DNA of 64,000 nt from assembly GCA_964016885.1 (NCBI GenBank), contig OZ024745.1, positions 44,950,001-45,014,000 on the forward strand. The letters are read 5' to 3'. The position numbers and the translations under genes are program-made. This DNA is from Eledone cirrhosa (taxonomy: Eukaryota). A model generated the notes under the pieces. That model ran no database searches and was not told the origin of the DNA. It was given only the letters and a program-made list of their open reading frames with translations. Below, piece by piece: positions 54,623 through 64,000 of the stretch (its first letter is position 1; every line of letters begins with the position of its first letter).

Positions 54623-55560
54623 GTAAGCATTATTTGGTCTTTTCTATTCAAACTAAATACCACTCTCCTCAGTATTACATCAATTTCTATGTTTTATGAT
54701 GTCAATTTTTATGTATTTCGTTTTGTGATAAAATCTTAACTAAATATTAGTTTCTCTCTAAGTAAGGGCACATCATCTGATAAGAACAACCAGCATAGCA
54801 TAGTAATTAATGTATTTCCTGTTTCATGTACAATCTGTTTTTTGTTAATGTTTAGGATTGGACCTGGTCAGCTCTTTTTTTTTTATAAAGTAATCAAAAG
54901 TCTAATTAATTAAACAGTTGGGTGAACTGCCGACAGATGAAGTAGTTGAAGATCTCTTTCTCATTTGCTTCATGTGTACATAGTTATTGCAAGTAAGATA
55001 TTTGAAGCAATGCTGTGGTGTATTATTGGTACTGAGAGATATATTAAAGATTAAACCTGATAAATATTTTTATATGGCAACCTCTCTAGTGCAGTTGCTA
55101 TGATGAAACACACCTAGTCTATCTTGTAAAATGGCAGTGTTGGTTGCATGATAATATGCACCCACTCTTCTCTGTAAAGTAGAAATGCTGGTGCAATGAA
55201 AAAGTATACCAGTAAGGTGGTGGGTGTTAGGGAGTGTGTCTGGATGTAGAAACCATGCCACATACGGAATGTGTAAACAAGGTGAGTTTGCTCTAGCCTG
55301 TCTGCTCTGAAACTGCGACAACCTGTCCAACCCATACCAGGATGGAAGGCAGCTATAAAAACGATGATGATGCAGTATGCTTAAGTAGATTATATTCAAA
55401 CCATCTATTAAAAGAGAATATATAGTGAAAAAGTGTATAAACAAAGGAAGTGCAATGCAGGAGAGAAGGTATCTTCATTTGACCAGTTCTTTCCTATATC
55501 TGATTTCAATGTAAAAGCAAAATATTTTAGGAAATATTTTATGATTTAGAATGACATTCA

Positions 55561-55895
55561 GCACATGGCTTAGTGGTTAGAGCATTGGCCTTGCAATTGA
55601 AAGGTTGTCAGTTCAATTCTCAGACCGGGTAATGTGTTGTTTCCTTGAGCAAGACACTTTATTTCACATTGCTCCAGTTTACTCAGCTGTAGAAATGAGA
55701 TGATAGGGACTGGGGTTCCTATCATTCCACTGCAAAGTGGTCGTGGAGGTGCCACGGCAAAAAAGCACCCAGCACTCACTGTAAATGAGGTTGATATTAG
55801 GAAGGGCATCCAGCTGTAGAAATCAAGCCAGAATCAGTTCCCATCCCACCCTTGCAAGCAGGGAAAAGCGGACGTAAAATGATGATGATGATGAT
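55561..55895 (+). mobile_element. tRNA-derived SINE with RTE-type tail (copy 1)
   Basis: A box tggcttagtgg, B box-like gttcaattc, 3' half shared with RTE 3' UTR, (GAT)n tail. Near-identical to 58759-59102. Confidence 0.85.
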
Positions 55896-56226
55896 TCAGC
55901 ATTCTAAGAAGGAAAGAATTTTGCTTGTCTGGATTCACCTGGAAGATACATATAGATCAGTTACCCATACACTGATATGCAAAGCATATTGCAAGGTTAC
56001 ACATTGTTTATTAATACATAAGATAACTATTGCATATTTATTGTTATTTTGCATGTATCTGACCTTTTTGGATGTTTAGACATATTGATAAACTTGTAAG
56101 GGATACAGATTACTACTAGATATGAGTGGCATTTATTTTTCTCTTTCTTACAACAGGCTGATCTATTGTACTCTCTCTCTCTCTTACAACAGGCTGATCT
56201 ATTGTACTCTCTCTCTCTTACAACAG

Positions 56227-56297
56227 GCTGATCTTTATCTATTGTCCACGAGTGAACCAAACAGTTTATGTTATATTGAAACTGCTGAGCTTGATGG
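56227..56297 (+). CDS. ATP8B: ATP8B-like flippase exon: [24 protein letters not shown]
   Basis: caacAG acceptor, GG|gtgagt donor, 71 nt, phase 0 to 2. Contains [10 protein letters not shown] leading into the DGET dephosphorylation motif. Confidence 0.96.
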
Positions 56298-56339
56298 GTG
56301 AGTATTGAGATCTTGTTTTAAATATTTTTCTTATAACAT

Positions 56340-56712
56340 GCTTTGTATATCATTTATATATCATCTTCATTGTTTCATATTTGCATGGCTTGGACAGGTC
56401 CTTCTCTGTACAGCATCTTTCAACTTACTGCACTCCTTTGTCATCTCCTCTGTGAGCTTTAGTGATTCGAGATCAGCACTCACCATGACCATCCAGGTCT
56501 TCCTTGGTCACCCTCTACTGCGGCTTCCTTTCACTGGGATTACACAACATTTCTTCACTCTGCGATCACTGTCTATGCACATCATATGCCCATACCAATG
56601 CAGTCTCCTCTCCTGCACACTACTTCTGATTCCTCTTGTACCCAGTTTTTCTCCCTCAGTTCATCCATGCTTTATCATTCTCACACATTAACATTGCACA
56701 TCCATCATAGCT
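56340..56712 (-). mobile_element. Old RTE LINE 3' fragment
   Basis: Reverse complement contains 'RGIRSSVQERRLHWYGHMMC' and 'RG*PRKTW'. Confidence 0.7.
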
Positions 56713-56763
56713 TATATGTGTGTGTGTGTGTGTTTGTGTGTGTGTGCATATATGTATGTATAT

Positions 56764-56918
56764 ATAATTATGTAATAAACAATACAATTATTCCATTTAC
56801 CAAAGGTTACACGAAGACAGGCGAGCTTAACAGGGACGTCTGAAATTGTTCATCAGAAAGGAAAATTTTCCTTTTTGGTAAATGGAATAATTGTATTGTG
56901 TTGTTAATTACATAATTA
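56764..56918. repeat. Small inverted repeat (about 40-bp arms)
   Basis: taattatgtaataaacaatacaattattccatttaccaaa versus tttggtaaatggaataattgtattgtgttgttaattacataatta. Confidence 0.75.
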
Positions 56919-56987
56919 GATAGCTCTGTAGCATAGATAGAGCACTCTCCCTTCCTTTACCCTTTCTACGGAAATACTTCATATATG

Positions 56988-57018
<31 letters not shown>

Positions 57019-57063
57019 ACACATATATATATATACACACACATACACACATATATATATATA

Positions 57064-57787
57064 TCATCATCATCATCATCATCAACGTTTAACGTCCGTG
57101 TTCCACGCTTGCATGGGTTTGGACGGGGGTAGTCCCACTTGAGGCAAGAGTGATTGTCTTGCTCGCATAGGACTGTCTGGCAGGTTTTCTACAGTTGGAT
57201 GCCCTTCCTAACACCAACCACATTTACAGCGTGGACTGTGTGTTTTTTTGTCGTGACACCTACACGATCTCATTTGTTTCGGCCTGGATGGTGTGGCACC
57301 AACATATCTTTACATAGAACGGGGTGGTGTGGATGGGGTGGGGGTAGTGGTGGTGGGACGGGGGGGGGGGTATTTTGTTAGAGATGCCTACTGGCTGTAG
57401 TAGGTTTTACTATGTATTTAGGTAAGGCGGGTCTTCTCTGTTACTGAGTACCGCCAAAGGTCTCAAGAACAAAATGAGGTTCCACATTAAGGTCTTTATT
57501 GATTATGCACAGTTATGACCGTTTCAGAGAAGGGTGGCTCAGGATCCATTGTTAATGTTATAGACCTGATTCCAGCCCAATCTATTAATCAGACTTGATA
57601 TCATCATCATCGTTTAATGTCCGTGTTCCATGCTTGCATGGGTTTGGACGGGAGTTTTCCCACTTGAGGCAAGAGTGATTGTCTTGCTAGCATAGGACTG
57701 TCTGGCGGGTTTTCTACAGTTGGATGCCCTTCCTAACACCAACCACATTTACAGTGTGGGGCTGGGAGGTTTTTACCGTGTTGCCTA
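57064..57787 (-). mobile_element. Two short copies of the young RTE 3' end (57064-57465 and 57601-57787)
   Basis: Near-identical to 59217-59656 (aacgtccgtgttccacgcttgcatgggttt...cccacttgaggcaagagtgattgtcttgct). Confidence 0.85.
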
Positions 57788-57830
57788 TCAAGCAAAACCA
57801 AAATTTCATCCATATGTATATATATATATA

Positions 57831-58750
57831 TATATCAACTAGAAATTGATTGGCATATATATATATCTAAAATAAACACATGAAACAATCACAGGGGATA
57901 GTGTGTAAGCACACACAGCTAGGTAGGTAACTAATTAAAGTTTAACTAGAACTTCAAATATAGATACCTTCTAAAAATGATTAATCTTCCTTGTATATAT
58001 TTCATTAAAGAAATATATTGCACCATTAATCCGTAAACTCACAGTAGTCAAATCCCGGATCTTCAGCAAGGGAGAAGATTTAACTATCTGTGTTTACACA
58101 TCAAATGCAAATCTGCGAATGACCCGTCGCACGTGTTGCATTTATAAAACTACACACATCGTGCCAGCGTCATCCCAGTGCGTGAATATGATTATCGACA
58201 GCTAGAAATAGCAGCCGAGTCCTTTCAACTGAGTTAGCTCTACAATCAAGGGGCCGTGTATATATCCAAAATTAAATGAAGGGAGTCATGTCTGAGACAT
58301 GCTCCATATCCACTGCAGAATAAGCTCAAAGGTTCCAATGAATAGATCCGAGCATTTTATATCAACTAGAAATTGATTGGCATATATATATATATCTAAA
58401 ATAAACACATGAAATAATCACAGGGGATAATTTGTAAAGTGTGTAAGCACACACAGCTAGGTAGGTAACTAATTAAAGTTTAACTAGAACTTCAAATATA
58501 GATACTTTCTAAAAATGATTACTCTTCCTTGCAAGGAAGATTAATCATACCTACCTAGCTATGTGTGCTTACACACTTTACAAATTATCCCGTGATTGTT
58601 TCATGTGTTTATTTTATATATATATATGCCAATCAATTTCTAGTTGATATAAAATGCCCGGATCTATTCATTGGAAACTTTGAGCTTATTCTACGGTGGA
58701 TATGGCACATGTCTCGGACATGACTCCCTTAATTTAATTTTGGATATATA
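57831..58750. repeat. Second complex fold-back: direct repeat (57831-57993 / 58358-58531) plus inverted arms (58259-58468 / 58548-58750) around an 18-bp palindrome
   Basis: tcttccttgcaaggaaga at 58523-58540 is a perfect palindrome, and the arms can be read as reverse complements. Confidence 0.88.
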
Positions 58751-58758
58751 TATATTAT

Positions 58759-59102
58759 GGAGGCACATGGCGTAGTGGTTAGAGCATTGGCCTTGCAATT
58801 GAAAGGTTGTGAGTTCAATTCTCAGACCGGGGGATGTGTTGTTTCCTTGAGCAAGACACTTTATTTCACATTGCTCCAGTTTACTCAGCTGTAGAAATGA
58901 GATGATAGGGACTGGGGTCCCTATCATTCCACTGCAAAGTGGTTGTGGGGGTGCCACGGCAAAAAAGTACCCAGCACTCACTGTAAATGAGGTTGGTGTT
59001 AGGAAGGGCATCCAGCTGTAGAAATCAAGCCAGAATCAGTTCCCATCCCACCCTTGCAAGCAGGGAAAAGTGGACGTAAAATGAAATGATGATGATGATG
59101 AT
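58759..59102 (+). mobile_element. tRNA-derived SINE with RTE-type tail (copy 2)
   Basis: ggaggcacatggcgtagtggttagagc...gagttcaattc...(GAT)n. Near-identical to 55561-55895. Confidence 0.85.
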
Positions 59103-59138
59103 ATATATATCTATATATATATATATATATATACATAC

Positions 59139-59211
<73 letters not shown>

Positions 59212-59216
59212 CATAT

Positions 59217-60881
59217 ATCATCATCATCATCATCATCAACGTTTAACGTCCGTGTTCCACGCTTGCATGGGTTTAGACGGGGGTATTCCCACTTGAGGCA
59301 AGAGTGATTGTCTTGCTCGCATAGGACTGTCTGGCAGGTTTTCTACAGTTGGATGCCCTTCCTAACACCAACCACATTTACAGTGTGGGACTGGGAGGTT
59401 TTTACCGTGTTGCCTACACGGCCACATTACAGCGTGGACTGTGTGTTTTTTTGTCATGACACCTACACGATCTCATTTGTTTCGGCCTGGATGTTGTGGC
59501 ACCAACATAACTTTACATAGGAGGGGGTGGTGTGGATGGGGTGTGGGTGGTGGGACGGGGGTGTATTTTGTTAGAGATGCCTACTGGCTGTAGTAGGTTT
59601 CACTATGTATTTAGGTAAGGCGGGTCTTCTCTATTACTGAGTACCGCCAAAGGTCTCGGTCCAGTGACATTGTCTTGGAGAGGTGTAAGTGTGTGAGGTC
59701 GGAGTTTATCAGCTCGTCCCAGGATTTTCTAGGTCTGCCTATTCCGTGGCTACCGTCTATCTTTATTGCCCTGCACTTTGTTATACAGCTATCGACTTTC
59801 ATGCGCATCACGTGTCCGTACCAACGTAGCCTTCTCTCGAGTAAACAACATCTGATCCCTCTTATTTCTAATTTTTTCCTTAGTTCGTTTATGCTTTGCC
59901 GTTCACGTATATTACTATTACACATCCAGCGGAGCATGCAAGCTTCGTTCCTCTCTAGTCTGCGTATATCCTCTGCGCACAATGCCCAGGTCTCACTGCC
60001 ATGCAACATTGCTGTTCGTATGCAGGCATCATACAACCTGCCTTTCATTTTTAGGGAGAACCCTTTAGCGGCTAATAGTGGTATAAGCTCTCTGAACTTT
60101 TTCTATCCAGTTCTGACTCTAGCTACTGTACTTTCGGAGCACCCTCCCCCACTGCTGATTTTGTCACCCAGGAAACGGAAGTTGTCCACTATTTCTATAG
60201 AGCCCTCTGCGCAATTGAAAGAGTTAGTATTTTGTGGGCACTCGCTGCTACTTATTGCACCAGAGCACCGCCCACATGTAAAATCTAAGTTCTTAGTTAG
60301 CTTACCTGTGATCCCACTACATCTTTTATGCACCCATACTTTGCATTTGGGACATAAAATGGAGTTTCTACCTACGCCTTTCCTACACACTGAGCATGGC
60401 CATTTCCCGGAAGGGACCGCCGCCTTATTTTCTTTCCTACAAACTAGAACTTTAGTCTTAGCCAGGTTAATTTTAAGACCTTTTGATTCTAGGCCGTGCT
60501 TCCATGTTTGGAATTTCTTCTCTAGCTCGGCCATTGATTCAGCTATGAGTGTCAGGTCGTCTGCGTATAGGAGTTCCCATGGGCAGCCGGTCTTGAACTT
60601 CTCTGTTATAGCCTGAAGGGCAATAATAAATAGTAGGGGGCTGAGAACAGAGCCCTGATGGACGCCAACTTTTACGCTAAACTCTTCACTATATTCGTTG
60701 TTAATTCTAACCTTGCTGACTGTTTCTTTATACATGGCTTGTATAGCTCTCACAAGCCATTCGTCGACACCTAGTTTTCTAAGGGCCCACCAGATAATGG
60801 AACGGGGGACTCTGTCGAAGGCTTTCTCCAAGTCGACAAAAGCTAAGTAGAGGGGTTTACCTTTAGCTAGGTACTTCTCCT
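59217..60881 (-). mobile_element. Young 5'-truncated RTE-clade LINE (RT domain, Cys/His finger, C-terminus, 3' UTR)
   Basis: FVDLEKAFDRVP, GVHQGSVLSPLLF, LLYADDL and RLRWYGHVMRM motifs. One in-frame TAG at 60103 separates the two ORF pieces. (GAT)n tail, flanked by (TA)n. Confidence 0.95.
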
Positions 60882-61464
60882 GTATATATACATATATACA
60901 TATATATATACATATACATATATATATACATATATATATATATACTAACCCCCACTCACACCCGCATTCAACCCTTCCCCACCTCCCGTATACTAACACC
61001 CACTAACACCCCCTTCATCAAACTACACACACACCAGTACACCATACTCCCTCCATAGAACTGCACACACCCTTCTCTCCCCGCTCCACCCACACCCTCG
61101 CTCCACACTCATTCATCCCACTAACACCTCTACTAATACACACACACCCTCCTCACTCCAACTTTCACACCTACCCATCCTCGCCCCTTTACCATTCCAC
61201 CGACTGCTGCTATGCCCACTGACCACCTCCCAGCACAAACAGACACACAGCACTCCCACCGCTTGACCACTTCCTGTTGCGCGCGCACCCCACATCTCTC
61301 CTCTTCCGACCATCTCTTCATGGAATACTCGTATGTGGAACTTGACCACCACAGAATCCACTAAACATCATAGGATTTTACCAACATTTCAACCATCCTC
61401 TTACGGAATCACCTATATAACCTATATACTCTACCAACCTATATACTCTACCAACATGTTAAGA

Positions 61465-61900
61465 TAGAACATAGAAATAAAAATAGAATCTACACACAGA
61501 AAAGACGCAATGTTTAGACAAATTACAGAGGCAATGAACATAAAAGAATTACAACCAAAATTAAATAGAAAATATGAGTGGAACAGCAACATCACAACTT
61601 ACAATTAAGGACAAAATGAAAACACACACACACATAGAACAAACAACCAACCAGTAACATGTAAATAAACAAATAGATAAATGAACATAAACACACACAG
61701 ACACCCGGATGTGGCGCATGCGCAGACTGAGCACACAACACACACACAGAAACAAAGGAGAGGCACAGAAACAAAGAAAGGAATCCCCAGTCACTGAAGA
61801 GGTCACAGAGTGTGTGACGAAAGAACTATGACTATATATAAACAACTATCTGGTTGTGGAACCAACCAACCAACCAGAAATTTATAAATTTGTAAATTTA
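61465..61900 (+). mobile_element. Penelope-like element 3' end (GIY-YIG C-terminus + pseudo-LTR)
   Basis: 61471-61584 reads IEIKIESTHRKDAMFRQITEAMNIKELQPKLNRKYEWN, resembling the R-x-I-x-EA-x-x-I...LN-x-K-x-EW end of PLE endonucleases. A hammerhead motif follows downstream. Confidence 0.7.
61789..61833 (+). ncRNA. Minimal type I hammerhead ribozyme motif
   Basis: agtca-CTGAAGA-g-gtcaca(gagtg)tgtgac-GAAA-gaac-TA-tgact: stem I agtca/tgact, stem II gtcaca/tgtgac, very short stem III, predicted cleavage after CUA at 61828. Confidence 0.7.
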
Positions 61901-62037
61901 TAAATATATAATAAATTGAAGTGAAAGCAACTGGTGCGTGTGTTTCTTATTGGCAACATGACCCTCCCAAAGTATAACAATATCGGTTTCAACACACGAT
62001 TTCAGATAAAGAATCTTCCTAAACAAATTCAGAAACG

Positions 62038-62079
<42 letters not shown>

Positions 62080-62671
62080 TCACTCTCAGTTCCCAACTGA
62101 TAGGGGGTGTGTGAATAAGTTTGGAGGGTGTTGGAAAATCAGTAATTTATTTAGGTCTCTGTTGATATTTTTGAAACCCAGAATTAGTTGTTTAGTTTAT
62201 ATATTGAGACTCCAACCCATCCTATTTATTTTATAACGTATGGGATTTTTTGTAATGTCCTTTTTTCTCATGTATAATGTTTTATAATGTATAAAGAAAA
62301 TTAATTTTATAAATGTATAAAGAAAATTAATATACCACTTGGAATATAATTTCGCCAGAGATAGATTAGCTAATTTAATAAGCAGTGGGGTTGGAATAAG
62401 AGTGCGTGGGGACAAGGTGGTGGAAAAAATCTGAAAAAAATCAATAAGTGGTGGGAGGGGACGATTATTCGAGACCTGAGATACTATACTCCTGTTATCA
62501 CCATATATAATGATTTATAGCATAGGCACAAGGTCACACATTTTTCTGAAGGATAGAACAGTCGATTATATTAATCTTGTATGTTATTGAAGTATTGTTT
62601 TGTATGAAATATGCTTATTACCTATTGAAGATTTGGTATTAATAACAAGAGTGGCAATGACAGTTTGTTAA

Positions 62672-62892
62672 CCCTTAAGCATTTCCATTACTCTATGTTT
62701 ACTATTCTATTTTCACAGGAAAAGCTTTATCTTACATAATTATCTCACATAATATTGAATCTAGGAGATTTTGATATTATTTATTTTGAGAACAATACTT
62801 TAACATCAGTATGAGTGGCTGGTTACAACCAGCTTGAACAGAAATAGGTGAGAGAATTCTGGCCATATATAGCCACTTTAATTGCTAAAGGG
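62672..62892. mobile_element. piggyBac-type MITE, same family as 10610-10829
   Basis: ttaa|cccttaagc...gctaaaggg|ttaa, with shared internal sequence (cataattatctcacataata). Confidence 0.85.
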
Positions 62893-63315
62893 TTAACGAA
62901 TACATTGCAGATAAATGGGTTACATACATTCCTGATGCTTGACATGGTTATGATGTTGCATAATGGAGGATTGTTTTGATGAAGCATCCACTTATTTCAT
63001 CTGCCTCACTGCTTTACACATGGTATAATACAAGCAGATATAATTTTAACAGTTGTTATTCTAGGCAGGTTTTATAAGTTCATACCAACTTGCCTAACCC
63101 TAACCCTTGATCCCTCTGTTCCAGCCTGATCGAGGTGTTGTCATTGGTGAAGTTTCCAGTTTTGCTACATTATGTAATTATTGCTATTTGTATTCTGGTT
63201 GTGCACTAATGCCATTGTTTGATGAGTAGCTTACCTAAACTTTTCAGATACTTTAATAATGTTAACAAGCCTCTTTTTCTTTTTTTTTCTGGTAAACCTT
63301 TATTTCTATATTCAG

Positions 63316-63398
63316 TGAAACAAATCTGAAAGTGAGGCAAGCTCTACCTGAAACTGCTGTAATGGGTGATGATCTAGAGCAGTTGTCAAAACTTAATG
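63316..63398 (+). CDS. ATP8B: ATP8B-like flippase exon: (G)ETNLKVRQALPETAVMGDDLEQLSKLN(G)
   Basis: ttcAG acceptor, G|gtaaat donor, 83 nt, phase 2 to 1. Completes DGETNLK with the previous exon. Confidence 0.96.
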
Positions 63399-63479
63399 GT
63401 AAATCCTTTAATTATTTTCTAGCATGAACATTCTGTGATTGTTTTTCTTCTTTTTAAAATAATAAAATAATAATAATGA

Positions 63480-63738
63480 AATTATTGTGTACAGTGCTCA
63501 GGTGCACTACAACTCGTCAAAGGTGCATATATAGTACATAGAATAATATACAAATGCCAGGGAAGTGAATAGTGTACGAGTCATGATATACATGTGTGCG
63601 TGTGTATGGAGGGGGAATATTAGGTGTAGTGTTGGCGAATCTCAGGAAGCATGGAGGTTTTAAAGGATGCAGTGTCTCGACAGCTAACAACAGATGCAGG
63701 TAGTTTGTTCCATGCTTCAGCAACTCTGAGTGTGAAAA
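63480..63738 (-). mobile_element. CR1-clade LINE 3' fragment
   Basis: Reverse complement reads FTLRVAEAWNKLPASVVSCRDTASFK, the F-x-x-RV-x-x-x-WN-x-LP end of CR1/L2 ORF2, followed by a (TTA)n-like tail. Confidence 0.75.
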
Positions 63739-64000
63739 GAGAACTATATCTTCCGTCTTCTGTCTGTTTCTTACATGGTATTTATTTCATAAAGGGTTGG
63801 ATTTAAAAAAAGTCTTAATATGTTAAATATTGGCACACACATGATTATATGGTTAAGTAGTTTGCCTCGAAACTATGTGGTTTCAAGTTCAATTTCACTG
63901 CCTTTGTGCTTATGTTCAGACTAGTCTAGACATTGGTGCTGTTTATGATGTGTCCCTTTATGTCCTGTAACTTAGAAATTGAACAAATATCCATAAACCC

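Noticed and set aside
55561-55630. tRNA gene
   Set aside because: A and B boxes are present but it continues into a SINE body and RTE tail with no complete cloverleaf.
59675-60616. 313-aa plus-strand ORF
   Set aside because: It is the antisense shadow of the RTE reverse transcriptase ORF.
63094-63108. Telomere-like cctaaccctaaccct
   Set aside because: Only about two units, too short to call an interstitial telomere.

Overview
AT-rich eukaryotic genomic DNA, not prokaryotic. The repeat families and (TA)n density suggest a cephalopod such as Octopus, but that is an inference. The window lies within the 5' part of one plus-strand gene, a P4-type ATPase phospholipid flippase of the ATP8B subfamily. 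The ORF track misses most of its short exons. I recovered them by hand: 2081-2153 (candidate start exon), 9788-9846, 11833-11946, [15291-15389 or 21653-21751], 54488-54622, 56227-56297 and 63316-63398. They splice in phase to ...[58 protein letters not shown]/[TM2 exon]/QRHRSDRQVNNR...[53 protein letters not shown]..., and the gene continues past the window. The main finding is that the 99-nt exon encoding the exoplasmic TM1-TM2 loop plus TM2 is present as two intact, diverged copies. They are probably mutually exclusive exons that alter the lipid entry gate. Other splice-related oddities are a candidate recursive AG|GTAAGT site at 22580, a triplicated acceptor before the 56227 exon whose frame depends on a (CT)n length, and a 25-kb intronic 51-bp satellite with higher-order structure. 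The long 'LLIKAIISDPKKPSSYN' ORFs are artefacts of that satellite. The introns also hold remnants of Helitron, mariner, piggyBac-type and pogo-type MITEs, RTE, R4/Dong, CR1 and CRE LINEs, tRNA-SINEs, two complex fold-back structures, and a Penelope-like 3' end with a minimal hammerhead ribozyme.
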